Source of the DNA: Phoronis australis
Lineage: Eukaryota > Animalia > Phoronida
Assembly: GCA_002633005.1 (NCBI GenBank)
Contig: NMRA01000002.1
Coordinates: forward strand, 326,044-390,043
Length of the DNA: 64,000 nt
Direction: 5' to 3'
Position numbers and translations under genes: made by a program. This document shows positions 25,739 to 39,500 of this stretch, piece by piece. How positions within the stretch are numbered: the stretch's first letter is position 1; each line of letters begins with the position of its first letter. The notes beneath the pieces are model-generated. The model ran no database searches and was not told the origin of the DNA. It saw only the letters and a program-made list of their open reading frames with translations.

Positions 25739-25810
25739 CTGAACTAGTTTCATGACGACAGTGCATTCCTCAAACACTTTTCTGTGATACTCCCTACCCT
25801 CTCGGCTAGT
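25739..25810 (-). CDS. ECHDC3: ECHDC3 exon 4
   Basis: ttttcag|ACT...CAG|gtggga; TSREGREYHRKVFEECTVVMKLVQ. Confidence 0.9.
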
Positions 25811-25869
25811 CTGAAAAAACAAAATATCAAACCCGAGCTCATGACAATAAACTGTCACCAATTTCAAAG

Positions 25870-26280
25870 ATGCATTTCTCTCCATTTAGCTGGCTAGAAA
25901 CGAAAATCGATATAGGCTTTTTAATCTCATGAAATTTATCTTATTAATAATATTTCTTAACAAGATAGGATTCTATTTCTGTTACCAACAAGAACATCGA
26001 AACCATCAGTGACATAAGAAAATGTTTCAGACTTTATTGAGGTTGCTGAACCTCAAAACTGCAAATTTGAAAATCACAGGCAACTAGTACATGTGGAATT
26101 TTCAAATTCACATTTTTAAGGTTGGAGAACCCCAATAAAGTTTGAAGTCCCTGATAGCTTCGATGACCTTGATGGTAAATAGAATCCTGATATGGGATAT
26201 CATGAAACAGATTTTAGGAAAGTAAAAGGCCTTATCCAATTTTTGTTTTAGGTCACTAAATGGGGCAAAACGAAGCTTTA
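25870..26280. mobile_element. Foldback MITE family, copy 1
   Basis: Long imperfect inverted arms; core gataggattctatttctgttaccaacaagaac... shared with 30421-30842 and 51630-51960. Confidence 0.65.
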
Positions 26281-26618
26281 ACATAAAATAATGAATATTT
26301 GTAATTGTACATTTGTGCTTCTCTTTTGATAAAACAAGCATTTTGCTTCATGGTATCAGAATAACTTAGACTACCAATAAGGAGCTTCCATAGTTTTCTA
26401 TACGAAACTGAGTGGCCAAATACTGCACAGTTGCACAGTTACCAACATCACCATGAAGGTGAAGGACAGTCGTTATAAAGATTGAAGACTGTCAATCAAG
26501 GGTTTTAGAACAGTGCAAAATGAAACCCAAGACACCACAGGTGTGCATCCATGAGCACCTGTGTAGTTGAGAGTTAGGATTGGCTCGTGAACACCCCCCC
26601 CCCACATAATGCACGCAC

Positions 26619-26754
26619 CAGTTCCTTTAAGTCATGTCCAGATGAGAAGACAGGTCCTTCATGAGAGATGATGATCACTCTAAGCTCTTGGTCGCGTACA
26701 TCTTTCAGAATGTCTGTCTTCAAGGACTGTAGCATAGCCAAGGACAGGGCGTTT
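26619..26754 (-). CDS. ECHDC3: ECHDC3 exon 3
   Basis: tttatag|A AAC...CTG|gtgcgt; NALSLAMLQSLKTDILKDVRDQELRVIIISHEGPVFSSGHDLKEL (FSSGHDLKEL is the ECHDC3-type crotonase motif). Confidence 0.93.
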
Positions 26755-27103
26755 CTATAAAAAAAAGAATAAAAAATATCCAAGTGCCAGCACCTGAGCT
26801 CTAAAATCTGATTCAAAACTGAATATGATGACACAGAGATAAGACCAGCATCTGCGAGGTAAGACTTTCCTCTTGACAATAGAGTGCAATAGGGTATTTT
26901 GTATAGGCAAAATTTAGTTCGTCATGGTTTTATTTTTCATACACAGTTTGGAGATAGCGATTCAATTAAAAACATGTATAAATCACATTTCTTTAATTTC
27001 ATTTTAAAGGACAAAAGTTCAATTTTATCATTTCTACAATAAAAACGGTGACAGAAAAGGAGAATGTCTCTTTGACAATAAGAATTGAGAAGCAATTTCT
27101 GAC

Positions 27104-27228
27104 CTTTTCTTTGGATTGTTTAGACATATTCTGCGTATACCATCCTCTTGTGTTGTGCAGGTAAGTTGGCTGTCATCTTGTTTCAAGCATGCACTTCGTG
27201 AAAATGTCCTGATCCATGACTGAAGATG
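27104..27228 (-). CDS. ECHDC3: ECHDC3 exon 2
   Basis: ttacag|CAT...AAA AG|gtcaga; HLQSWIRTFSRSACLKQDDSQLTCTTQEDGIRRICLNNPKKR. Confidence 0.88.
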
Positions 27229-28852
27229 CTGTAATATGCAAACAAGTATCAATAACTCACGCTATTGTCACAGGCTGTGGCTATATTTAGCCTCATAGCT
27301 CTATACATGAACCTAAGAAATGAAATACTGCTATGTTTTAGACAATGGACATAATCATTAATCCAGCCAAGAAATCCTTTTTGAATAGACACAGAGGGGT
27401 CAGATTTTAGTAGTCCGACTAATGGTCCAGAGCGTTGCAGTTGTCTGTGAAAGCTTGCATAGAAGTCGAGGAAATTTTCTGGGAACCCTCAGTCATGAAT
27501 CTCCAGCAGGATCAAATACCTTGAAAATGACACCATCTCAACAGGGAATGTAATGAGCAAACAGGACACAATTACGTCATGTTGATACAGCTCTATACAG
27601 ATAAAAATTTGTCATTCATCACAACAAAAAGAATTTTGATTTAGACCACTTATCATAATGAAATTGGTCTCAAAATATTCCTAGGTCACACTGGAGATGA
27701 TCTCAGGGCTTAAGAAGAACTGAAAGTTTGCTTGTGAGTGAGACCAGACTCGACAGGTTGGCTGGTCTTCTTCTTTTTCTTGGTTTAAGTGACCAAACTC
27801 TCTCTAAAGTATTATGGAACTGTATAACAAGGAAGAGCAACAAAAACAAATTAGAAATAACAATTATTATGAACGACAGTTCTGGCAAGTTTGATTCATG
27901 TAACTACGAGTCGCTCGTTAGGAACAGGGTAAAGGTTAAGGGCTACATCAAGAAGAGATATTCCTTGCACGAGGAAAATAGAGCTAGCTTGCTACTGAAG
28001 TTGTCAGGAGAGGGGCTAAAGTTATGTAGCCTGGTAACTGTTGTGTGACTGGAGTGGCACAGGACTTTAGTCTTGACGGAGAGCGACACTAACTGTCGGA
28101 GAGCAATGCCGGGAGAGCTGCTTGATTTGCAGAGAGCGCCACCTGGTGTGTGGCTGAGACATCCGTCGATACAGTTTGACACTTCGAATATCCCGCCGTA
28201 GAAGTCAAGACAACTATAATGGACGTGTGATGTAATCTGTGGATCTATTGTATGTTGACGTTAATTCGTTCGTATATATACTTACCAAACGCCACCTAGA
28301 GAAGTCAGGTAAGACTGATATTGTAACCACTGAGTTCAGTAGATAATTATTTATTTACTTATTTATTAATGTAATATTTACAATGAGGTAGAGCACGCAT
28401 TATAATCTATTCCAATCTGCAACAGTCTTTGTGAAATTGTGTTATTTTATAGACTTCTTATCTGAGCATGGAACAAGCTGATATCAAGGCAGGCGTCCCT
28501 AGCTTCTTGTAGTCCCTGTGGTTGTGATCAAGTTCATTTCTTCAAAATGCAGTTAAATGTTAACAGTTGAAATTGGACGAAACCCTGGTTTACCACTGTG
28601 CAGATCGAAATCATATTTTCAACGCACAGTGTGCACTCCAGGATTCTAGTCCAGATGTAGTATTATGTACATAGCGATAGGTAGCGCTGGTAGCAAGAGG
28701 TCGTCTGCCTTCTTAGTTGGATTTGAGAGTTCAATGAATTACAAATAAAAATATATATTAGTCAGTATAATTGTCCTCATAATATTATATATAGCGCACG
28801 CGATTAATAACTGTACAGTTAAAATGTCTAACACACTTCGACAAACGCGTAC

Positions 28853-28897
28853 ATTACGTGGATTTCTCAAGAAGCTGGACCCACAACAAACTCGCAT
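28853..28897 (-). CDS. ECHDC3: ECHDC3 putative exon 1 (mitochondrial presequence)
   Basis: ATG at 28897: MRVCCGSSFLRNPRN|gtacgc, phase 0, joins exon 2 in frame and gives an Arg/Ser-rich, acid-free N-terminus. Low conservation, so inferred. Confidence 0.6.
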
Positions 28898-29417
28898 GAC
28901 TTCCGTATTTAACAGGTCAAATAGATTAATAAATACTTTAGTTATAAATAAAAATGACTTAAAATGTGGAATTTTTTAGTCATTGATTTTCTTTTGCATT
29001 ATATATTTAAAATTAATAAGTTGTATTTGTTGTAGAATTTTACATGCATTGTAATATAATTGGCTATTGTGAAAGATGTATTCATTTGATTTGCCCATAT
29101 CAGAAATGTGCGAAATTTCTCGCGCTCAGAAACGTCACTCAGCGAGAGTGGTTGCCAGTGCCTATTCAAACAAACAGCGGTGCACTTGTGTAGTGGTCTG
29201 CCTGGTTCAAGCTGAATAATCAAGCGAAATTCATGGATCTATGAGTACAACTTGCTTCCATCTTTGCTGCGTAAATTTTTATGAACGTTTAAAATGTAGG
29301 AAGTGGAAAGTTATTTAATTCTTTTGTGAAAAACAGGAACGGAAAAGTAACCCAAGGGCAAGTCCCGATCCACGGCCAGTGTCCCACCGTAGGTACAGCC
29401 AGTACAGGACTTGCGAG
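28898..29417. promoter_or_regulatory. Putative bidirectional promoter between ECHDC3 and the membrane-protein gene
   Basis: Divergent ATGs about 520 bp apart; ETS-like ACTTCCG at about 28899, GGAAGT at about 29299, TCTCGCG at about 29118. Confidence 0.55.
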
Positions 29418-29520
29418 ATGAATTCAAGAGTAAACGGTGGGACATGGAGGATGGCTTTCATCCGCACAGCGTGCACTCTCTTAATGTTTAGTTTACTGTG
29501 TGACGCAGATGTTACTGAGG
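29418..29520 (+). CDS. Unknown type I membrane protein, exon 1 (signal peptide)
   Basis: MNSRVNGGTWRMAFIRTACTLLMFSLLCDADVTE G|gtgagt: basic n-region, hydrophobic h-region, C-D-A cleavage-like site, consensus phase-1 donor. Confidence 0.65.
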
Positions 29521-30420
29521 GTGAGTGTCTACTAAAGAATGAGCAACAAGTCTTCAAATAATTCATTGCACTAGTCTTATGCCTTATGGACCACCTCCGT
29601 TCAGACTGAGCCAGAGATCAAATAGTGATCTGATATGGTACACAAATGCTTGTCACAGTCACAATGAAACAATTATTTGTGTATAGCCAGGTGTTTCCAC
29701 CATGACAACACTGAAGTCAGTATAGGGTGCCAAGAACCTAACTGGCTTAGTGATATTTTTTGTGAATTCTAAAAAAACAATTACAGGTGACAAAATAGTC
29801 ACTTTTTGTCCAAATATCAAATATTTTAAATGTCTAAGAATGCTTGAGGATATGCTCCATGCACTGTCATGACTTGTGTACTGATATATTTTTCCCAAGA
29901 AGTTTTACAAATAATAGTTTGAGATCGTGTGGTTTTTGTTGTCATATAACATGTTGGATAAAAACCTCAATTCACTGAGATGTTAAATAACTGAGCCTTT
30001 CAGTTGTCACTAAAAGCTATTAATCAATGTGACACAATATAATAAATATCTATAATTTGTTATGTTAGGATCCTGTGTAAAAGACTTTTAAAAAATCTTG
30101 ATCTAAGCATTTTTCATGGTATTAAACACATTTATTTATTTTTTAAAATCTTTTCTATGGAATTCATTTGCAAGATATCAAGCTCACTTCAATTAGCAGG
30201 AATGGTATCTAATTACTGGCATGTCATTAATGTTATTTCTTTCCTCCTAAGTTGAATCCATGGTCAGTTCTGATCGGTTACATTTACTCATTTTTGCCTA
30301 CAATACCAACTAATAATGGCAATTTCTTACTTGACCTATAAACTTAAAGTCACCAGATTTTGCACTATATGATTGATTTAATGTGTCTTACTTATTTCAA
30401 CTAATCGATTGATTTTAAAC

Positions 30421-30842
30421 TGCATTCTACACTCTTTACTAATGGATGGCTAAAAATGAAAATTTAATTAGATTTTTTATTCTGATAAAATTGATCTCGT
30501 AATAATCCTTACTGTGATAGGATTCTATGTCCATTACCAATAAGAACGTTGGAATCCATCTGTCGTTCAAGAAAACACTTCAGAATTTATTAGGGTCAAC
30601 GAACCCTGAAATTGGGAATTCGAAAATGGTTCATGTACGCATTGCCTATGATTTTTTAAAATTTAATTTGAAATTTTAAGATTGTGCAACTCAAATAAAG
30701 TCTGAAGTGTCTTTTTGAGTCGCTGATGTTTTTGATGTTCTTGTTCCTAACTGAAATGGAAATGTGGGACCGAATTTATGAGAGTAAAGGACCCGATTCG
30801 ATTTTTATTTTTAGCCAGCTAAACAAGGCAAAATGCAACTTT
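30421..30842. mobile_element. Foldback MITE family, copy 2
   Basis: gataggattctatgtccattaccaataagaac...ttagccagctaaacaaggcaaaatgca; homologous to 25870-26280. Confidence 0.65.
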
Positions 30843-32465
30843 GAGGTTTTAAATGTATGACATGCAAAAAATACTGTAAGCCTTATTGTTTCATTGAATA
30901 ATTGTTGAAGATCTCCATTTTTTGCATTGAAATTGTTTTCTTTAAAGCATTGTCCTTGATCGTGTATTACCAGCCACTTTTTATCTTGTTCTTCAATCTA
31001 ACTCTTTTTATTTCCTCATGCAGATTTTTAGTTACAGTTGATAGTTATGAATTGATTTGCTCTCAAGATCAGTTTGTTTAATTGTTGAATCAGTTGCCAT
31101 TGCAGCACATTGCTCAGTCCAGTCTGTTAATTATTTTCATTGATTTTTTTCAGCCGACAAATTGCAGAATGCTGTCGAAATTCAATTTTACCAAGTCACC
31201 GTGCAGCAGGTAGGCATGGTAACACAAAAAAGAAAATTATCTCCCGGACCTATTAGTCACCCCTGGGACATAGGATAGCTTCTAAAAATATGATTTAATA
31301 TGGATGGTTACCTACCAGTGCTAATAATTTAGAAAAGACGTGTTTTCACTGCTAGTTGTCATAACACGGAAGTGGTGTGCTCAATTGGTTGTGATTATTG
31401 GGAAAGAATCTATTTGCTCACATTTGTTTCAGTTATACATACGTACTTCATGTAAGTTCAATAAAAATGAGTCGGATTATAGTTTGGTTTTAAGAGTTGA
31501 GATTGAGATTCTGTTATCTTAAGTTTGGCTGGAAGTCTAAACTGTTGTAGGCGATGTTTTGAGTAAGCTGGATAAGCTTGTGGTGGTAAGCTACTTGTTA
31601 TTGATATGGATTTGCGTCAAGGGTTCTTGTAATCCGCCTGGATTTACGATACAAACTTGCTGCTAATATTGAGCCTGGTAGTTTTACAAGTTAAGGGACC
31701 ACTGTACATTGCAATCCCATCCTGGGTCATTTATTGTCCTGAAATGTCAAAAAAAAAAATTTCCTGAGGGAAAGGTGGCTGTGCCTTCTGAGAGAGGAGT
31801 AGAGGGGGAATCGTTCCCCCGACAGGGCTCGGTGTGCATTTCAACTAAAACACTTAATTGATTGTTGTGATTTCACCTGAAATCTTGAATGCTATACCTG
31901 GTGAATACCTTCAAACTAAGGTACAATGTTGTGATTTTAAAATATGATGTGCGTATGTCTGGCCTTGAAAGAGTCATAACAATATTCCAACAAATAACAA
32001 TTTTTAATGTTTTTAATCATTGCATCCTATATTCTATGCACCCCTCAAACTGTTTGGCACTGGGAAATGCACTTCTAATGTAACTTAGCAGCAAGAAAGA
32101 GCCTCAGCTTTAAGGATCTATTAGTAGTGATTAATTTAATTAATAGCAACACAGGCATGGTAGTAACTCATACATGACATGTGTCGCTTTGGAAGCATTC
32201 AAATTTTAGACAAGTTCTCATCTCTATTTATACCTGAGCTTGTCTATAATCCCATTAGTTATGGTCTTGCCCAGCTTAACTCACCATGATCAGCTTATAA
32301 GGTTGGTTACAACCCGCTTATTCTAGCTTATTAGATCATAATTTACATTTAAACTGAGGGTATGACATTAATAGAGGGCTACTGTATACGTTTGCCATCA
32401 TGAGAAGTGGAGGTCTTTCTATTCGGTATTTGTTTGATGATTCTTTCGAAGTCTACCAGATATTG

Positions 32466-32623
32466 CATTGGCGTATTTCAGGGGGGTATAGGGGGCCATG
32501 GCCTCTTCTAAAATTTTCCCAGATTCTATTTGGCAGTTCGGGGGTGCAAATGTCTGATGGACAGAATCCTTGCTCATACTCTACCTTGGCCCCCCCCAAC
32601 TCAAAATCCTGGATCCACCCCTG
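32466..32623. mobile_element. Short MITE with CAGGGGCGGATCCAGG-type ends
   Basis: cattggcgtatttcagggg...cctggatccacccctg imperfect TIRs. Confidence 0.55.
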
Positions 32624-34205
32624 GATTACAGTTGTGAAAAACTTGAAAACGTTTTGATCATGTCCAATGTTTCATTTTGAAAAAGAACAGTAGTTTCTAA
32701 AAACACGTTTTATCTTTTTGTGCCGTTTTTCCAATTATGATTGGAATTTCTTGTAGTGATGTTGTTTCATTTTTTAAAAAGAATGTTTTCTTTTTTAAAA
32801 AGGATAGTATTTACTAAAATCACATGTTTATTGTGTTTGATGGATTTGTAAAGTAATTTCATCAACAACGTTTACTGTTCTTTTAGACTTCCTTGGTGTA
32901 TATACTACTCAAACACACATGCTCACGCACACACACAAGCGCACACTTTTTATTAGGTTGATATAATCGCCCAAAATATCAATTTCTCTTTGTAAACAAA
33001 CACTTGCCTCCATGGAGTATTTATGTCCAGTGAACCATTATTGTTGTCAAAAGTCTATTACCCACATGTAAACTATAGCCTCAGAACTTAACTAAACAAT
33101 GACTGGGCACTTCTAAATACGTAATCAATGTTTGTGTAGCAACAGGCATTATTTTTTGTCATAATAGGCAAATACCTGAGGCTGCCACTGGAGTTTTAAG
33201 CTGTTTTCTCATTAGAGTTAGGACAGATTAGTTTGTAGTTCAACATTCTTGATTAGCAAGATAATCCACTGCGCTGAACTACTGGCTTTTCCACCAGACC
33301 AAATTCAAGTTCTGTTGTAATTCCATTAACAAGAGGCTAGGCACTAAAAGCTTTGCCTGACAACAAATGTAACAGTAGTCAGGACATTTGTCCCATTTGC
33401 ATTAGAGGCTGATACTCAGAAAATCCAGTGGGGTTCATTACATATTTGTCTGCTTAGGCAATCTAATTGATTGCCATGGTCAGTGAGTCTCAGGGGTCAA
33501 GGGTCATGACTTACTCATAACGATAAGATTTGCCCCACGAGAACAGCACAGCCCAAGAAGCCAGATCTTCTGTCACATTGAAAGCACATCGCTGCAGTTC
33601 AAGTCTTCGTGAATTGAATATTTTACGTCATTGAGATGATGTGAATGCTTTTTTGCGAATAACACGCATTTGGATAACCTACCGAATTGGCCCCCCCCAC
33701 CCCGTATTTGTCTATGGATGGACGTTTATGTTTATGAAATATTGATGAGTTGTTCAGTTCAACACGGCACTGACTTTAAAACAATCCGCTTGACCATTAA
33801 GATTGCTATCTGCGTGAGGTGCTGCCTGTAGAAGAGAACAAAAACTGTTCAACTTTGATATAAATGGCATTAACTATTGATGCGTTTCATTTTTTGAACG
33901 AGAAAAATCAATCAGAAACTAGTCACGTCTTGATTATTTTACAATTCAGTTGTCGTTCTTTGTAGATCAATACGCGATATCATGTGATTCAGAAGTTTTG
34001 TTTTTTAACATATCATACATCAATGTTAAGTTCATATTAAACTGTAATGGTTTATTATTGTTTTATTCATAATTTGAAGAATATCTGCACATGCCTTGCC
34101 AAGAAGATATGCAGTTTTTAGAAATATTCTACCCTAACTCGTGTAATTGAGTCGGTTGTAACGTGTCACCAGGCACGCAAAATTTTACTGTCACTAAAAT
34201 GACAC

Positions 34206-34368
34206 TACCGTAATCGTTAGGGTTAACGCCCATGCTCAGTTAACCGCCCATCCCCGACTTTAAGTGGATTTTCGATTTAACCGCCCACTGCTCGGTTAAC
34301 CGCCCTCCCCCGATTTTTTGGATTCGCCAATTTAACCGCCCAGGGCGTTAACCCGAATGATTATGGTA
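34206..34368. mobile_element. Tc1/mariner(pogo)-type MITE, TA-flanked
   Basis: taccgtaatcgttagggttaacgccc...gggcgttaacccgaatgattatggta TIR of about 26 bp; four internal ttaaccgccc repeats. Confidence 0.75.
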
Positions 34369-34943
34369 TTCCAAGCAGTTGACAAGAATAGGCAGTGGGA
34401 AACAGCGAAAGTTGCGGTGGTTTCGTTAATCAGGTGAGCTACGAGACTTCAATCGCGATATTTGTGAAGACAAACTTAAAATTGTGTGTCACTTCTCATA
34501 GCCCATGGCTCTACATCGCTGCGCAATATACCTGAACCCAAAATCAACAGAGTAACGCATACACAGGCCGAATGTAATGAGTACTACATTTCACACTCTT
34601 AGCCTAATGTAAAGTTGCAATCATGGGTTGTCCAAAAAAGTTTCAAGAAGTAACATTACTACAGTGTCTATCATTTGCTTACTGCGTATTGTTTTGGTAC
34701 CACTGGCCACTTGTATCACTACTGCCATACTATAGTCAAATATTTAATTGTATAACAAAAGGACTCAAATTTACATGATGATTTGAAGACCAAAAATAAT
34801 ATATCGTTTTACAGCTATTCAGCTCTTTTGATACTTAATACCCTGCAGTTTGTGGTCCGTTGACTGTTCAGTATACACATAAATTACCACATGGAGACGG
34901 GAACTATTGCATGCAATATTGTTGAGCCCATGGAAGGTCTGTG

Positions 34944-35459
34944 AAGTCACTTTCCCATTAGAGGCAAAAGTTTGCTTTTACCGAAGTTTTGGTGAGTGGG
35001 AAAGGTTAACTTTGGTAGTTTTTCTGCAAGCGAAACTTCGCTTAAAATAGTAGGATTTAAAAGCGAAGCTTCGGTACTCACCGAAACTTCTGTGTAGTGG
35101 GAACAGTCATAGTGAAGCTTCATCGAAGTGGAGATCGTGGAAATGATATACAATTACACGAGACTCGCAAAACATGTCCTTTGTTATTACAGCATAGTTG
35201 ACGTGCTCTCAATAGATGGAGGTAAATAAATAAAAAAAAGCTTATCTGATAAAGAATTACACTGATCATTTTCATAAACACTCGTAAATGGCAGGCGAAC
35301 AATTTTCAGTTAGCCTCAAACCTACTACTCAATATTTGTTTGAGAGTATGTTTACTGTCGTAACGATAACTTCGATATCGCTGTTAAGTGGGAAAGGTAA
35401 GCGAAGTTTCGACAAAGCTTCGATAAATCGAAGTTCCCCTAGTGGGAAAGCAACCTTAA
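34944..35459. mobile_element. MITE, possibly PIF/Harbinger-like
   Basis: ctttcccattagagg...cccctagtgggaaag termini; nested inverted cgaaacttcgctta / taagcgaagtttcg. Confidence 0.6.
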
Positions 35460-36409
35460 ACTTAGAGGCCTTACCAGAATGATTTTAAATGCAACTGATT
35501 TTGAATGACACAATGATCCTATCAGATCAACCTTCATGTTTGCCATAAACTTGCATTTTGACTTTTGACAAATCATGATCTTGTTCATTTGCCATGTCAG
35601 ACTGAAGTTTTCAACAAAAAATGTAAACTTTGTAACCTATGAAATGAGGAATTTACTGGCTCGCACAGTTTAGGGTCCACTTCGAAAAAAATTGGTTTGC
35701 CTGGGTGCTAGTTTTATTTCAACATTTAAGACTTGCAAATGTGTTTCAACAACAACAATGTTTCAAACCTTATCTAAGGAATACTTTTAGCTTCAATATT
35801 TGCTTTGATTGCAATTTTAATGTCCAGGAACTTAACCAAGTCAAGAGGCTCATGGTACCACTGGCAATTGGTTCAAAGAATTTAGGACGGTGGAGAAAAT
35901 ACTCTGATCTGAAACTTTCGCACTGCGCTTATATGTTTGGAATAATTTTAGTACACACGACCTTTCACATTAATTCTTGTAGTCCACCTTACTAAATTAA
36001 TAGTAGATAAATCTGATCAGGCTACTGACTAATTTTTTATAAATATAATTATTTTCTTGTTGCAGCTAATCTCATTTTTTGGCTTTTCTAGTCCCCTCCA
36101 ATGTAATCATTTGATAGCTTGCTTTCTACTCTATTGTATGTCTTGTGGAATAGATTCAGTATCCAACAAAATGTTTTTATACAATGTTAGACCTTGAGTT
36201 TTTGGTAATGAATGCATGCCTTTGTGTACAGGAATCTGCATTTCACAGACACAAAACCTGAATAGTGTGTGCTTTATTGTTACCAAGGTGTGCATCTATC
36301 CAGATCATATTCCTATCGATTTCTATGTTTGTTTTATTGGCTTTCTTGAATTATACACTTCAAATAATCTTGAGAGATATAGCGGGTTTACACAGCACTA
36401 GTAGATCGC

Positions 36410-36542
36410 CTATAGTCACTTACAAGGGTCCTGGCGAAGGCGGCTATAGTCATTTACAAGGGTCCTGCCGAAGGCGGCTATAGTCACTTACAAGGGTCCT
36501 GCCGAAGGCGGCTATAGTCACTTACAAGGGTCCTGCTGAAGG
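36410..36542. repeat. 34-bp minisatellite, 4 copies
   Basis: ctatagtcacttacaagggtcctgccgaaggcgg at 36410, 36444, 36478 and 36512, with no spacers. Confidence 0.92.
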
Positions 36543-39500
36543 TTAAGGCTATGTAGGACCCTCGAAATATGGCCACAGATAATTTTTATAAAAGAACATT
36601 ACAATTTAAGGCATATACATGAAATATACTTTGTCTTATGATTTTTGGTTTTCTTACCAAATGAAGTAAAGCCCTGTAGGAAATTTCATCATTTTAATAA
36701 ATGTGAAATTTCTTGCCAACACTGCCGACCTGCTAAAGGACAATTCCATTTGTGAGGGATGTACAATCAGAAAACATTTTGATCAATGAATTGTGAATAA
36801 GTGTTTCAACCAGGAAAAATAATGGATTCGTCAATGGTTAGGTCGCCTTAGCATCCTTCAATTTGTGTATCAAGTTTTGTCTTATCTCTTTGCTTGACCG
36901 GAAAAATTGCCTTTAGTGGTGTGATGGATGTACACAAAGAATTTGTTTTTGAAAAGTCTTTTTGAACTGTAAATTTTGTAAATTATAGAAAACTATATTT
37001 TTTTAGTTCTGTACTATGATTTAATGGAATGTTTGTGAAGTACAGCACACATTTTTTGTTATCTTTTAAAAACATGTTCATCAGACAGCTCAATGTAAGT
37101 TGATCAAGTGTGACCGTCTTATGTGACAGATGAATGGTATGCTCTGAACTTCTAACGTTGTGGCTAAGATATCGATTTAGAATAATTCCTAATTCAGTAT
37201 TTAAACTGTATTGGTCTTTAGCAACAGATTCAAATTAAATTAGTGCATTGAAGCAGATATTTCTATTTTAAATCAAAATTCACGGATTTGCCTTTTGTAC
37301 AAAATAATCACCTGGGCTAAGCCTAATATTATGCTGGTTATGTATGTGCTGTACAGTTGGATGGTAACTTTTTAACACGTTAATTAATGGTGTCAAAACA
37401 ACATCCTGAATCCCTCACTTCTCTTTAGGATGAGAGAGTAAGAATGTCAACTAGTGTTCGTATTTGACACCTAGTAGCATTCAGGAAAGCAGTTTTGCCT
37501 GTGTGTTAAGCTCTGAATACAAACTCAAGACTAGTAAGTAAATGTGGCTACTCTGAACAGCAAAATGTGAGTAACGTAACGTAGTACTCAAAACATTACT
37601 AATCGTCATTGTAATAAAAATGCATTTCCATTATTTGCTTGTTGAATTAGTAGTCATCCTTGGTTTGTAACGACATTTTGACACATTGCTATTGGGTCTG
37701 ATGCATGTTTATGTTAATTATAGTGTTGATGTTTTAAAAATATTAATATATGGTAGCCCGCTTAATGCATACCCTCAGATTCCACATTAATTATGATAAT
37801 AAGCTGGATATTTTGTTCAACTGGTTCCAACTTGACGGTGTTCGTTACCACTCATATTTTTATGAGCTGAACATTTTTGATGGGTACGTGGGATGTACGT
37901 GCATAACAGATGTATAAATTAAACACACGTCTGTCAAGTGATTTTTTATCTTTATAAATAATTCTTAGGATTTAAGATTTTGGTTAACAGCAAGTGAGAA
38001 GTTAAAAACGAGAATCTGAAGTTACTTCGATTTTGATTGAAATCTTTTCACGCCACAAGACTAGCAGTTTTTATGACGGAATGTACAAGACCATGATATC
38101 CAGGAGTTTGCCTTTGACCTCGAGAGATTGAAGATGTGCATTGGATCAAATGATATTTCTTGGATAGTTTAGGTTTCAAGTGGTTTCGCAAAGTTGATAG
38201 TGTAGTAGAATCCCCATGAGATGCTTGTATTAAAATACAAGAATTACTAACGCGTGTCAAAATTTGGATAATTTGTTAGGGCCAACTGAACCCCAAATGG
38301 GCTCATATAGCAATTAAATTGAAAGTATCAGGAAATTCAAGTATGTGGCCTGAAACTAGAGAGATTGCCCTTTCGGATGAGACCAGGAATGTTCATAGTG
38401 TCTTAATTTTAATTATTTGTCTCTTGGTTGACCTTTTCACAGAAATTCCCTGAGGTAAAGATAGACAAGAAGCGTTCCTGTGTATCTATTGGTCTGTTCA
38501 CAGTTGTTGCATTACAATACATCTTTTGCTTTGGTGAACACTGAGTTACTGATGTGTGGAACAATGATGAATTATTTGTTGGTAACAGGAGTAAGGATGT
38601 CAGGCAGAATAGTCTGTTGTAAAGTTCTGAAGTAACTGTGGTTCTATGTATCTGCCTGGTGACCCGTTCAGGTGACAATTTTGACACCTGTTTGGAAATA
38701 GTTGAAGTTTCCCCCCATCATTTTATTTCATGTGAACTTTCCATCTAAACACTCACCGTTAAAATTTCTTAACTCCTGCCAATGAACAATGGATACAATC
38801 GAATACAATGGAGGCACGTGTTTCATGGTTTAACCTTGCTCGATTTTTCCGAACAATTTTGACTTCTATCTGTTTACTTCCTGTTGTAACTTAAGCGCGT
38901 TAACTCCAGAGTAAAGATGTGGGATTATGAGCGAGGAGACAACGCTGGGAACACTAAACTTTGATGTCATTGGAGTTATTGTCAGGGGTCAATGTCTGCG
39001 TTTGCCAACGCCAGTGACTGGTTAATATTTCTTAATATTTTGTTATGATGCATTTTGGAGGTATAAGAATTATGTTTCAATTTACCCATGTATTTGCTGG
39101 ATTCTTTACATTAAAAAACATCACTGGACTTATGGTATACACCAATCTTCTTGTACATCATCATCATGCCAATGTGACAACCGTTGGCTGCCTTGTGAAG
39201 TTGACGTTCCAGTTTCCATTTGGGGAGAGGGAGAGGTCCTTGCCATTTTTGATGGCGTGGACAAAAACACACTTAACTTTGCAGTTAACCACAGTTAACA
39301 TTGGAGCTTCTATAGTAGTCGAGGTAACTGTACGGGAAAGGGTCTGGAAGGAAACTGTGAGCGCAGTTATTTTAGGTAATGTTTGCATCCAAATAAGCTT
39401 TTTGTAGTTTCATATATATTTAAATTATGTGAACTGTATTGCGGTGATAAGCAATTTAACATGCAGATGATAAACAATCCAACATGCGTATGATAAGCAA

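Noticed and set aside
25007-25766. Cluster of overlapping ORFs on both strands
   Set aside because: Arise from the GC-richer MITE 25125-25633; no transposase or other motif recognised
27420-28240. GC-richer segment in ECHDC3 intron 1 with fragments resembling gypsy integrase (DGVIFK..., RKRRRPANL) or an LTR
   Set aside because: Fragments are in the wrong order, and no TG...CA ends, PBS or TSD could be defined
36410-36542. 34-bp repeats of CRISPR-like length
   Set aside because: Head-to-tail with no unique spacers, no cas genes, eukaryotic intron context
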